This document shows, one piece after another, positions 18,230 through 28,035 of a stretch of 64,000 nucleotides of DNA. Every line of letters starts with the position of its first letter. The first letter of the stretch is position 1. Position numbers and translations under genes: made by a program. Origin of the DNA: an uncultured Bacteroidales bacterium (GTDB taxonomy: Bacteria > Bacteroidota > Bacteroidia > Bacteroidales > P3); contig CALUGT010000015.1 of NCBI GenBank assembly GCA_944320265.1, positions 3,194 to 67,193 of the forward strand, read 5' to 3'. The notes under the pieces were generated by a model. The model made no database searches. It was not told the origin of the DNA and saw only the letters and a program-made list of their open reading frames with translations.

Positions 18230-19003
18230 TCATTTCAATTTGGCAAGGACATCGCCGAACTTGGCATGGTTCACAATAACCCCATCGTCCAAATCCAAAT
18301 CGATGGCCTGTTCCGCCACTACTTGCAAACGGTCGTGGTATTCCCGGCATTCATCCAATGTCTTTTCCAAAGCGCTCAACTTGCGCGTCTCCCCCGTGCT
18401 CAACTGGGCGGCCCGGGATTCCAAGTCCTTGGCCCGGTTTTGCAAAAAATCGATATAAGGCAGAAGGTATTTGACCCGGATGCGTTCCGCCGTGTAAGGA
18501 GCCATCCGGTGCAGATAGGTGATGCAGCGGAAAGCCCCCTTCCTGGAAGACCAAAGCCAGTAGATAGGGCGGTTCTGGTACATCCGCTTATGGTCTTTCC
18601 AGAACTCCTTGTCCACATAACGCTCTATGGTCATGCCCAAGCTCTTTTCCATGAAATTAAGGTTCTCGGTCAATTTTGCCGTGCCAAAGGCAATGCGGAC
18701 AAAGTCCACCACCCTCCGTTCCAGATTGTCCTCAAAAGGGCAATCGTGCGGCAGCAGGGGAATGATGCCGTCATCGTCTATCTGCAAGACTTGCCCCTTA
18801 TATTGGTAAGGAGCCAATTCCTCTGCCGTAGGCTTAGGATGGGCTATATGCAAACCCGGTTTATCCAAACGGTAACGCCCCATCCAGACACCCACCGCAT
18901 AACTGATCAATTGCTGCATGGCCACCTCCGGATGCCATACAATCCTTTCCGAACCTGCCACGTTTGTATTCATTGCTTTCATTTCTTCGCATTTCTTTTC
19001 CAT
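18230..19003 (-). CDS. pglX: BREX PglX, C-terminal fragment (separate ORF)
   Basis: It contains MQQLISYAVGVWMGRYRLDKPGLHIAH ... NRPIYWLWSSRKGAFRCITYLHRMAPYTAERIRVKYL, the conserved C-terminal region of BREX-1 PglX. The start is set at the first ATG (19003); the ORF track extends to a TTG at 19048. Confidence 0.8.
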   Translation of the reverse strand: MEKKCEEMKAMNTNVAGSERIVWHPEVAMQQLISYAVGVWMGRYRLDKPGLHIAHPKPTAEELAPYQYKGQVLQIDDDGIIPLLPHDCPFEDNLERRVVDFVRIAFGTAKLTENLNFMEKSLGMTIERYVDKEFWKDHKRMYQNRPIYWLWSSRKGAFRCITYLHRMAPYTAERIRVKYLLPYIDFLQNRAKDLESRAAQLSTGETRKLSALEKTLDECREYHDRLQVVAEQAIDLDLDDGVIVNHAKFGDVLAKLK

Positions 19004-19055
19004 ACACTCTTGCTTCAGACTTAAACGAACCAACTCCAAGAAAAGCAACCTATTT

Positions 19056-20735
19056 TCAGAAAAGAGTCCTTCCCTTTTCTGTAAGCCGGTAAGTCTGCTT
19101 CGCGCTGGTCGGCTTGTCCGGATACGTCATAGCGACATAACCCAGTCTGATAAGCGGAAGAATAATCTTTCGTTTCAGCTCTTTGGTTGAATCAAAAGAA
19201 AGATTATCGTTCAAGCTGTTGGCCGACATGGAACTCTTCCTTAAAAGGCATAGCAAATCAATCGTATCAGACATCAGTTCTTGAACACTATCCTTAGACC
19301 GCCCCTCCCACACTTGGACAAACATTTGTCCAAGTATCTGTCCAAGCTCTATCTTTTTCTTTATAACACACTGATTCACCATCAATTCAACTTGGACAGC
19401 CATTTGTCCAAGTCTGAGTCTAAGTCTGTCGTCAAGCACACATTCCTGCCCTTCAAAAACACGGTCAGCATCTTCGAACCCATGTCGACAAGGAATCGTA
19501 AGAAGAAAATAAGTTCTACCCTCATCCGTGTCAATAGTTGCTGGCGCAGATCCATTCTCTTTCAATGCCTTCTGAATTGTCGGTATCCCAGTCGCCCTGC
19601 CCTCCGTCAAATCCAATTCTTTCAAAAAATCGCCCAATCTACGGTTACGATACCTGCGAGCCTTCAATTTCTGCGCCATTTTTATAGCCTCCGCGCTAAT
19701 GGACCTATCAGGTCCGGCATAGCTCAATATATCGATATGGGTAGGTTCTACTGTGATTTCCACAGGTTCCCGTTCTTGATAATCACGGTGATACAAAGCA
19801 TTGACGACAGCTTCCTCTAAGGCTTGGTAAGGATAATTGAATATCCTATTCGATTTCTCGGTATCTGCCGGTTTGATAATCTTTGTCTTGACGACATTGG
19901 TACGAAGATACGACAAAGTTTCCTTGATAATCCGAGGTACAGGGCCGACTATCTTGGGAACCTCAATTAGTAAATCAGGATTGTCGATACTTCCGCCCGG
20001 AAACAACACGATATCAACTTGTGTAACAGGAAAGAACTTTTCTGGATATTCACAAAACATCATTATGGCACAATTTTTTATCTGCCTGCATTCTGTCGGT
20101 CCTGTCAGCAAATCCATCTCGTCAAGAATATCTATCAGCGGCCTCGCAACAAAACTTTCCGCCAGCTTGCTCCCTACTTTCTTGAGATGCTCATACACAA
20201 GTACGCCGGATATATCGTCTATTTTTGCAAAAGCATTGCCCCGTTCATCAAAGGGCACACGATTTACCAACTCACGTACCGCATCCAAAATCTCGCCTTT
20301 AGCCTCGATGGTGGAAGACTTGCTTCGTATATAAAATTTCGACACCGACTTTTTGGCAACTACGCTTTCAGCCACAGAATAAGGTCTGTTTATTCCAGCC
20401 GGAACCCATATGACAAGAATATTTTTCCCATCCACTTCTTCCACCGACACTTTAGAAAGGTAGGTTGGAGAAACCTTGGCATCATAGCCCACCATATCTT
20501 TCTGAATACGGTCTATCTCGTTTTCGGCCAAACCCTTTACCGGCCTCTTTGCAATCCCGTTTTCTTCTTCAACCCCCACCAGAATATATCCGCCTCCGAT
20601 ATTGTCAAAATCGGTGGCAAAGGCAGCAATAGTATGATAAATTTTATCCGGATTCCAACCCGCTTTAAATTCTATCCGGTTCGACTCGACCCTCCGTCTG
20701 TTAAGCAAATCTTCGATGTTTATAGGTAGTGCCAT
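19056..20735 (-). CDS. Schlafen/AlbA_2 domain plus HATPase_c_4 plus C-terminal wHTH protein, nested within pglX
   Basis: The N-terminus is VESNRIEFKAGWNPDKIYHTIAAFATDFDNIGGGYILVGVEEENG (AlbA_2). The middle is EEAVVNALYHRDYQEREPVEITV...GRATGIPTIQKAL (HATPase_c_4). The tail resembles winged-helix regulators. It is on the same strand as the two pglX pieces and is visibly more AT-rich than the flanks. Confidence 0.8.
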   Translation of the reverse strand: MALPINIEDLLNRRRVESNRIEFKAGWNPDKIYHTIAAFATDFDNIGGGYILVGVEEENGIAKRPVKGLAENEIDRIQKDMVGYDAKVSPTYLSKVSVEEVDGKNILVIWVPAGINRPYSVAESVVAKKSVSKFYIRSKSSTIEAKGEILDAVRELVNRVPFDERGNAFAKIDDISGVLVYEHLKKVGSKLAESFVARPLIDILDEMDLLTGPTECRQIKNCAIMMFCEYPEKFFPVTQVDIVLFPGGSIDNPDLLIEVPKIVGPVPRIIKETLSYLRTNVVKTKIIKPADTEKSNRIFNYPYQALEEAVVNALYHRDYQEREPVEITVEPTHIDILSYAGPDRSISAEAIKMAQKLKARRYRNRRLGDFLKELDLTEGRATGIPTIQKALKENGSAPATIDTDEGRTYFLLTIPCRHGFEDADRVFEGQECVLDDRLRLRLGQMAVQVELMVNQCVIKKKIELGQILGQMFVQVWEGRSKDSVQELMSDTIDLLCLLRKSSMSANSLNDNLSFDSTKELKRKIILPLIRLGYVAMTYPDKPTSAKQTYRLTEKGRTLF

Positions 20736-20751
20736 GGTATGTTCTCTATTT

Positions 20752-23721
20752 TTATTCGGTGGGGGATTTCTCGATGGAGATTTCGCCTTGCTGGAGGATG
20801 GTCACCTCTTCCAAGGGCACATCGGGGGTAAGCTCGTCGGCGAGGTCGTAGATTTCGATGAACTGCCGGTTGAGTTCCTCCTCGTTCCGGTGCAATTGCA
20901 GGAACTTGGTCTCCCATTTGGTCTTATAGACCTCATAGCGCCATTCCAAACTGTCTAAATCGAGTGCCGGCAGATTCACACAAGGCACTCCCCGGAAATC
21001 GGCATCTTCAGCCATAATATCTCTATAGGCATTCTCATCTATCGCCACCAACTCGTTCTGTTGGAAATCCCAAGAAGTCTCATGCGCGTCCCAGTCCTGC
21101 TTGGAGATGGAGATGTTTTGAAAAACTAATAAATCTATCTTATCTGAATCCTCAATAACAATAAAGGGAATCTTTCCCATAGGTCCCTCATGATAATCCA
21201 AAGTTGGAGATAATGTCTGTAAAAACACATATGATAAAGCCGAATTAAGGTATCCCATAATGCAATACAAATCATTATCAGCATAAGGGAAACAAACCGA
21301 ACCCTTGGTTTCAAAAAGCCAACTCCTATCAAAATAACGAAAAGACGGTTTCCCAGAGGATATTGTAGACCACGTAGCACCTATCTTTCCAAAATAGAAG
21401 CCTTCATTCTGAGGACGAGACTTCAACTTTCCATCTATGTCTTTAAAATTTTTTATTTCAACTCCGTTATGTTCCCAATTCACCACATATTCCATATTGC
21501 CATACCATCGTCTAAAAGTACCACCTTTGGTAATAGGAAACCATTTTTTTCCTGATTCTTTTGCTTCTTCAGCAGAACCCATTCCAAATCCAATCCGTGC
21601 CAGAGTGACTTCATGCCAATATCGAATAAACCTGGCGTTGTCCGCTGTTTGCAAGCCTACACAAGGCTTAGCAACAGCGGACAACGCCAGGTTTCCCGCG
21701 AAGCGGGAAAAAATTTTTTGAGAAACCCAGTACCCTATCGGGCTTCCGGGGATTTTTTTGAAATTTTGCTGAAGAACATGGGGGTAATAAATCCGATTTC
21801 CAACCTCCGAATAAGGCAATGTCTCAACTTCTTTGGTATATTCCTTGAAATTATACTTAAAATCATGGTCTGCTAAAGTCTGTTCAAACAACATCCGCAA
21901 ATGCTTTTGGTCAAACTCTTGGAATGTACGCTCCACCAAACGGAAATAGGTCCCGCAAGCAGCCGGATTCTGCGACTTGGCAATCACAGCCGACGACGAG
22001 CCAAAGTCTGCGCCAAACACCCCTCTACTAAGATGCAAAATAGAATCGATAGATTGACTATCGAGTATTCCTTTCCGCAAATTTTCAAAAGTACTTAGAA
22101 ACATCCAAGATGGAGGGATAATAAACCCATATCGTCCATGCGTTTCTAATCTTTGGGGCATCATTTCAACAAAAACCGTAGCCAAGTCCCCCTTCCCAGC
22201 CTCGTAATGCTTCTTCACATAAGCCGACAAGACCGGATTCATATTGCCGCCGCCCATATAAGGTGGATTCATCACCAAAACCGCATATTTCTCCGTCAGT
22301 ACCTTAATCAGGTCCAAGGCCGGTAGCAAAGCCGTGACGGATTCCGGCAACAGGGGCTGCGCCTTCCAGTAATCCATCGCCTGGGATATGGCCGATAGCG
22401 TAGTTTCGGACAAGTCGAACTTCATAATGGAACCCAAGGATTCGGCATCGGATAGCAAAGAAAAGGCCTTTTGCATCTCTGCCAGCATCTTGTCATTCTC
22501 CAGACCATTAAAGAAGGCTTTCAACGCCTTATCCAACGAGCCATAAGCCCCCTCATTCCAAGGCTGAGGCATATCCAAGACCTGCGGCAAAACCTTGGCA
22601 TCGACAAAGGAGGCATCTTTCTGGCAGGCTTTGAGCAGAAGCGCAAACAAGGCAAGCTGCTTGGCCCGGGTATCTATGTCCACGCCCCTCAGGTTGCAAC
22701 GGAAGATATTCTCCACCGCTTCCTTGCGCCCATAGCCCTCGGAGATATAAAGCTCGTACAAAAGGTCGAAGCATTCGTTGAGGATATGGCCAGATCCGCA
22801 AGCCAGATCCGCCACCTTCAAATCGGTCAGTTCGGCATAGCGGTAACGGCATTCCTCCGGTGTCGGTTCTCCCTCCACCCAATAAGCCCACTTCCGCTTC
22901 GCCTCCTCGGCATAAGGATTGTTATCCCAATAAATCCTCCCCAAGGTATTCTGCACCATATATTTCACAATCCAATTGGGCGTGAAAATCTGGGTTGCCG
23001 CTGGAATCTCGTCCGCCTCGAACTTGCCTTTCTTGGCAAACACCTCATCCTTGCGTTCCGAGATATAGAACTGGTAGAGCCAGCCTATCAGTTCCGGGGA
23101 ACGGTAGTCCTCCTCGGCAATAAAGTCGGTATGGTTGAGCATGTCCACAAAACCGCCCTCGCTCAGGATGTTGATCGGCAGCATCAGTTCCGTGTAGTCC
23201 TGCATGCGCCCGAAACAAGCCTGCATCAAAGGGTTCTGATGGCACCAGGCCACCATCAGAAGCGCGAACTGCTCGGTGGTCTTGGTATCGTCTTCCAACA
23301 ATTCCAGCAAACGCGTCCTTTCCGCCTCCGGCATACGGGGCAAGCGTCCCCGCCTGGCATCGTCCACGATACGGGGGGTGCGCACCTCGTCCACGAACTC
23401 GATTACCGGCTCGCACAGGCCGTTTTTCTGAAGAATCCGAATCGCCACCAGACGGTTGAACCAGGTGTAAGCCGCCTCCTCGCAGGTCTCCTGCATCCCT
23501 TTCCGGGCGATTCTCTCGTAGAGCGCCATCCAGCTATGGTAAAAGCGTTCCGTATAGAAACCGCCCTGCCAGAGGGTTCCGCCCTGCATCAGCTTGGGCA
23601 TGGCTTCTTCCGGGATATGGCCGTTCTTGTCAAAGCCCAAAGAACGTATCTTGGCTTCCACGCCGCTCTTGAGGCGGGTCCGGGCTTCGTTGGCGAATTT
23701 CTTCAGCTTGTTGGTTTCCAT
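20752..23721 (-). CDS. pglX: BREX adenine methyltransferase PglX, N-terminal fragment (989 aa, methyltransferase core)
   Basis: The N-terminus (FANEARTRLKSGVEAKI..., YTWFNRLVAIRILQKNG) is typical of PglX. Motif I is VADLACGSGHIL and motif IV is VLVMNPPYMGG. It ends ...TILQQGEISIEKSPTE-stop, about 240 aa short of a full-length PglX. Confidence 0.9.
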   Translation of the reverse strand: METNKLKKFANEARTRLKSGVEAKIRSLGFDKNGHIPEEAMPKLMQGGTLWQGGFYTERFYHSWMALYERIARKGMQETCEEAAYTWFNRLVAIRILQKNGLCEPVIEFVDEVRTPRIVDDARRGRLPRMPEAERTRLLELLEDDTKTTEQFALLMVAWCHQNPLMQACFGRMQDYTELMLPINILSEGGFVDMLNHTDFIAEEDYRSPELIGWLYQFYISERKDEVFAKKGKFEADEIPAATQIFTPNWIVKYMVQNTLGRIYWDNNPYAEEAKRKWAYWVEGEPTPEECRYRYAELTDLKVADLACGSGHILNECFDLLYELYISEGYGRKEAVENIFRCNLRGVDIDTRAKQLALFALLLKACQKDASFVDAKVLPQVLDMPQPWNEGAYGSLDKALKAFFNGLENDKMLAEMQKAFSLLSDAESLGSIMKFDLSETTLSAISQAMDYWKAQPLLPESVTALLPALDLIKVLTEKYAVLVMNPPYMGGGNMNPVLSAYVKKHYEAGKGDLATVFVEMMPQRLETHGRYGFIIPPSWMFLSTFENLRKGILDSQSIDSILHLSRGVFGADFGSSSAVIAKSQNPAACGTYFRLVERTFQEFDQKHLRMLFEQTLADHDFKYNFKEYTKEVETLPYSEVGNRIYYPHVLQQNFKKIPGSPIGYWVSQKIFSRFAGNLALSAVAKPCVGLQTADNARFIRYWHEVTLARIGFGMGSAEEAKESGKKWFPITKGGTFRRWYGNMEYVVNWEHNGVEIKNFKDIDGKLKSRPQNEGFYFGKIGATWSTISSGKPSFRYFDRSWLFETKGSVCFPYADNDLYCIMGYLNSALSYVFLQTLSPTLDYHEGPMGKIPFIVIEDSDKIDLLVFQNISISKQDWDAHETSWDFQQNELVAIDENAYRDIMAEDADFRGVPCVNLPALDLDSLEWRYEVYKTKWETKFLQLHRNEEELNRQFIEIYDLADELTPDVPLEEVTILQQGEISIEKSPTE

Positions 23722-23779
23722 TTTGCTTTTCTTTTCAATAATGCCGTTTTGTCGCAGACAAGGGTTTCCGTATCCGGTT

Positions 23780-26700
23780 TTACTTTATCACCGTCACTTC
23801 GTAGCCGTCATTGATTTTGTCCATCAGCTGCTGCTTGATCTTCTTCAAATAGTCATCCACTTCCTTTTCCGTGCGCATGGGCACGAAAGTCCGGGTGGAC
23901 AACTCTATACTGCAAGGCTTCCGGGTCTTGCCTAGTTTCCCTGCCGACTGCCCGTCTTGGTCCATGCCTGGATCATGGGCCGTACCGGGAAGGCCGGGCT
24001 GGGGATAATCCTGCGGTTTCTTCCGAGCCAGTTCCGCTTGAATCAAATCCAATTGCTGGCTTGCAAAACTTTGCGTATCCAGATTGTTCTTCAGCATCAG
24101 GATATTGCTCGAGGCGGTCTTTTCCTGAAGGATGCGCTTGCGGTCGGCCAATACGGACTTGTCCACGCCCTGCTGCTCGGCACTCTGTTCCAAAGCATCG
24201 AAAAGGGCATTATATTCCTTTTCTATCTGCTGCCGCAATTCCTGGCGCTGCTTGTCGAGGGCTGCCGAAACAGCATTTTTCAACTTGATATAGTCCCGGA
24301 TGGAGATAGGCCAGGCTTGGGTCTCTATGCCCTTGAGTTCTTCCGCCTGCGCTTGGAGTTCGGCCGGTACAAAGGCAAAATTGTCGCGGTTTTCCCGTAC
24401 AAAAGCCAGCAAGGAACGGTAATTGTCAAACTGATCCTGCACAAAAGCCAGAACTTCCTTGCAGGTGTCCGCCAGCTTGGCCGCTTCTTCCTGACTGTCT
24501 ATGATACTCTGGAAGAATTTCTGGTTGTCCCGGATTTCTATCCACTGATCCAGCATCGCAATAAATTCCCGCAGCGGCTTCACAAACGGGTATTCCGCGT
24601 AACGGCTTTCCTCCTCCCGGTATGTCTTTTTGCAGGCGGGCAGGCTGTTCTCGTTCTTGGCATCCTTGCATTGGCGGAAAATCTGGGTGCTGTCGGACGA
24701 GGCGAAGGCATCCTTGCCGAAAATCCGTTTCCATGCATCCACAAAACGGTTCACCAAATCCTGCGGAATGGCTTCCGCCCGGCGAAGCGTGAATTTCTTG
24801 GTCTCGGTCAGGATGCGGCTCGCCACGACAGAGGCTTCCACTTCCGGACTATTGAGGTAAAGGTAGTCCCGCCGATGACGGCGCACCAGCTCGTTAATCA
24901 CGTACAAAGTGCAGACATCGTCCCAACCGTAGGGGGCTTTGGCGAACTTGGCCAATACATCCGCCACATTCACTTCGGCAAACTGCTTGTCAAGATAGAT
25001 TTCCACTTCCTGCTCGGCCTGCGTCAAGCTGGAGTTCAGCTCGCCATAGTCGTAAGACTGCACGGGACGCAGGATGGACTGGCGCAACTGTTCGGAAGTA
25101 TGAGGGTATTCGGCCCGGTTCACCAAGCCCGCCTTGGTATAGATATTGCCTAAATGCTTCTGCAAGGCTTTGCGGTAACGTTCCTCGCCCTTGCTGTTCA
25201 ATATTTCCGGATCTTCCACCACCGACACGCCCGACACGATGGGGCATGTGTCCAAAATAGAGGCAAAGCTCTTGGCAATGACGGTATCCATCAATTCCCT
25301 GGCTCTCTTCTCGAACTCGCCCCTGATTTTGGCGTTCTCTTCGGTAAGCGCCGGGGATGCCATGTAACGGCTCACTTGGCAATACCAATAGAAGGCGTTC
25401 CGCAAGCGGTTGTCTTTCTTGTACTGGGAGGCCACGTAATAGACAAGCCTGTTAGCCGGATTGCCCACCGTGATGGCGGCAGCGCTGTCGTATTCCTCGT
25501 CCATCTGGAAATCGACCACCACATCGGCGTTGTTGCTCAGGAAGGTACGTTGCTTGATAGTCGCCCCCACTGCAAAGGAACGGGTCATATACGTCTCCTT
25601 GTTCTTGGGGTTGCCGAAATGCCGGAAAAAGATATCCTTCAATACTTCGGCTTGGGTATTGTTGTCAGGGACCTGGCCTTTGATCTGCGAGGCCACTTTC
25701 ATTTCCTCTTCCGAATAGAAGCTATAGGTTTCGGGAAGCCCTTTCCTGGCCTGCTCCCGACGGATGATATTGTTATCGCAGAAATAGTCCAGCACCTTTT
25801 CCACTTCCTGCTTGATGGTGAGCCAAGGCGTCCTGAGATCGTTGACCAACAAAGTCGTCACATTGTCCAAGCTGGCCGGGAACACCATCTTGTCCCGATC
25901 ATCGATATTGCAAATCATGAACAGGACATTGGCTACCCGCCGAGCCAGTTCCGGCTTGGAATAGGTCCGGGCCATATCCATCGCGTTGCTGATGGCTTTC
26001 TGCCCTTTTGCCTGCAAGCCTTCCTCGAACATATTGTTGTACAGCTCGTCGAAAGAGACGAAATGCCCCAACTCCTGGTCCTTGTCATTCTTAGCCGTGG
26101 AATGAATCACTTTGATAATGCTGCGTTCATTGCCCTTCACCTCCTTGGCCACATAGCCCAACAGCAGGAAATTATTGAATACCTGCATGATTAGCTTGAA
26201 CTGGTAGGGCACGAAGGGATAATAGGCAACAAAATCTTCCTGGCTGCGATAGGACTCATAGCTATTGGGCAACTTGAAATGAAGGTCAAAGGAAGGGCTT
26301 TCCTTGGCATACCATTCCCCTAAAACCGGTTTCACTTCCGCTTTCTTTTCCAGGATACGTTTCTGGGTAATCACTTCGGGCTTGGTGCCTTTGAGGGATA
26401 CCGTCACCTCGAAGCGCCCCTTGATTTTCCCTTCCTTGTCCTTTCCTTCCATAATGTTGCAGTCGTCCATCACTTCCGAAAGGTCCTGCTGCGCGGTGCA
26501 GGCCACCCAAACCTGGTTCTGACAAGACTCGGACAGCTTGGTGACAATCTCCTGCAAGTTCAGGTAACGGTCTTTTTCCTTGTTGATGAATTGGGAAACC
26601 TCATCGGCCAACAGGACCAAACGGTAATCCTTGCCTTTGTCCTTGAGCCACGATGCCACCTCGCCGGCAAAACGCTCTATGCTGACCGTGGTATCGCGCT

Positions 26701-27427
26701 TGATGATACGCTCCCGTATGCTTTCCTTGTCGAGCGAAGGGGCCAATTCCGCCGCAATGTCCAAGACCATGCCCAGCTCGTTGTCCACCAAATCGGCAGC
26801 CTCGCCGGGATCATCCCAATCAGCCCCTATCTCCCGGATACGTTGCTTGAACTGGTCAAAGACCCCTTTCTCGGCCAAAGGCTTTTCCAGATGCTGCGCC
26901 AAGGTAAGGTTGAACTTGTTGAAGCCCCGTTTGGCATTGAACTCGTTCCAGAATACATGCAGGAAGGCCTTCTTCTTGTCGGTGGAATTGTCGTAAGAAG
27001 TCTCCAGATTGAATATGCAGGTGTCTATCGTGGCTTTCTTGAGCCAATTGGCAATGCCAAGCAGGTCGGCATAATCAAAATCGAGGTTATGTTCGGTATC
27101 CCGCATGTCTATCGCCTTGACGGCTTGCAGGAAGCGTTCCATCGCCTCCTCCTGGGTATCAGGCGAGATGCAATAGTCGAGGTATTTCAGAAAATGGGAT
27201 TTTCCCGAACCGTAATAACCGTCTATCCAAATCCCCACATGCTCGAAAGGCAGGTTGTCTTTCAAGGCCGCTAGTATCCGGTACAAACCCGACATGGTCT
27301 CATCGGTAAAGACATATTCCGAGATTTCAATCTGCTTGGTAGCCTTGTCCAGCTTGGTAGCGCTGACCGCCGGATTGACGGGACGTTCAATGGGCTTCTC
27401 GTATAATTCTTTCAGTTTCATAATCAT
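23780..27427 (-). CDS. brxC: BREX ATPase BrxC/PglY
   Basis: 1215 aa with a P-loop (DGYYGSGKSHFLKYL). Size and position between brxB and pglX fit BrxC. Confidence 0.9.
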   Translation of the reverse strand: MIMKLKELYEKPIERPVNPAVSATKLDKATKQIEISEYVFTDETMSGLYRILAALKDNLPFEHVGIWIDGYYGSGKSHFLKYLDYCISPDTQEEAMERFLQAVKAIDMRDTEHNLDFDYADLLGIANWLKKATIDTCIFNLETSYDNSTDKKKAFLHVFWNEFNAKRGFNKFNLTLAQHLEKPLAEKGVFDQFKQRIREIGADWDDPGEAADLVDNELGMVLDIAAELAPSLDKESIRERIIKRDTTVSIERFAGEVASWLKDKGKDYRLVLLADEVSQFINKEKDRYLNLQEIVTKLSESCQNQVWVACTAQQDLSEVMDDCNIMEGKDKEGKIKGRFEVTVSLKGTKPEVITQKRILEKKAEVKPVLGEWYAKESPSFDLHFKLPNSYESYRSQEDFVAYYPFVPYQFKLIMQVFNNFLLLGYVAKEVKGNERSIIKVIHSTAKNDKDQELGHFVSFDELYNNMFEEGLQAKGQKAISNAMDMARTYSKPELARRVANVLFMICNIDDRDKMVFPASLDNVTTLLVNDLRTPWLTIKQEVEKVLDYFCDNNIIRREQARKGLPETYSFYSEEEMKVASQIKGQVPDNNTQAEVLKDIFFRHFGNPKNKETYMTRSFAVGATIKQRTFLSNNADVVVDFQMDEEYDSAAAITVGNPANRLVYYVASQYKKDNRLRNAFYWYCQVSRYMASPALTEENAKIRGEFEKRARELMDTVIAKSFASILDTCPIVSGVSVVEDPEILNSKGEERYRKALQKHLGNIYTKAGLVNRAEYPHTSEQLRQSILRPVQSYDYGELNSSLTQAEQEVEIYLDKQFAEVNVADVLAKFAKAPYGWDDVCTLYVINELVRRHRRDYLYLNSPEVEASVVASRILTETKKFTLRRAEAIPQDLVNRFVDAWKRIFGKDAFASSDSTQIFRQCKDAKNENSLPACKKTYREEESRYAEYPFVKPLREFIAMLDQWIEIRDNQKFFQSIIDSQEEAAKLADTCKEVLAFVQDQFDNYRSLLAFVRENRDNFAFVPAELQAQAEELKGIETQAWPISIRDYIKLKNAVSAALDKQRQELRQQIEKEYNALFDALEQSAEQQGVDKSVLADRKRILQEKTASSNILMLKNNLDTQSFASQQLDLIQAELARKKPQDYPQPGLPGTAHDPGMDQDGQSAGKLGKTRKPCSIELSTRTFVPMRTEKEVDDYLKKIKQQLMDKINDGYEVTVIK

Positions 27428-28035
27428 TCATTAATCAGAAGCGTGGCACGATAAGTATGATTGTCGGGAAGGAGGCCGAAAAGCCGGAAGGAATTGCCTT
27501 CCCGCTTGCCGGGATAAAAGACAATAATCTTGTATTTGTCGGTCTGGTTGTAGTCTTCGTAAAGAGCCAGGAATTCGTTGACCCGGAGATAGGGAAACAT
27601 GGATCCGATGCCGTGCAAGAAGACATAGGGCCGCTTGTATTGGTCTTTTTGGGAAATATGATGCTGGATCCGATGGTCGATGTATTTCAGGAAATCCTCA
27701 TGATGGGCGTTGCGCGTCAAGGTATCCTGAACGTTGGAAGCCTGAGCCGGGTCGTTTTCTTCCTTTTTCAAAAGGTAGCCGAGCATGGAAGGATTGTTCA
27801 AGAACTTCTTTTGGTCCAAGAAGGCGCAAAATTCCTCAAAAAGATTCAACACCAGCACATCCACGTAATTGAGCGGGCGTATCAGGTTGGCCTTGAATTC
27901 CTGTATCTCCTTCCGGATACCGTATTCGTTCTCGGCAGGGTACTGGAAAAGATAAAAGTTGTAGAACAAATCCCCGTTTTCCGCATCCTGGAAACCGGGA
28001 CTGCTCAGCTTCTCATAGAGTTCCTTTACGGTCAT
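27424..28035 (-). CDS. brxB: BREX protein BrxB (DUF1788)
   Basis: From the Met at 28035 the sequence reads MTVKELYEKLSSPGFQD...FYNFYLFQYPAENEYGIRKEIQEF...VFLHGIGSMFPYLRVNEFL...IVFYPG. This is a DUF1788-like pattern. It has ATGA-type overlaps with brxA and brxC. Confidence 0.85.
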   Translation of the reverse strand: MTVKELYEKLSSPGFQDAENGDLFYNFYLFQYPAENEYGIRKEIQEFKANLIRPLNYVDVLVLNLFEEFCAFLDQKKFLNNPSMLGYLLKKEENDPAQASNVQDTLTRNAHHEDFLKYIDHRIQHHISQKDQYKRPYVFLHGIGSMFPYLRVNEFLALYEDYNQTDKYKIIVFYPGKREGNSFRLFGLLPDNHTYRATLLINE

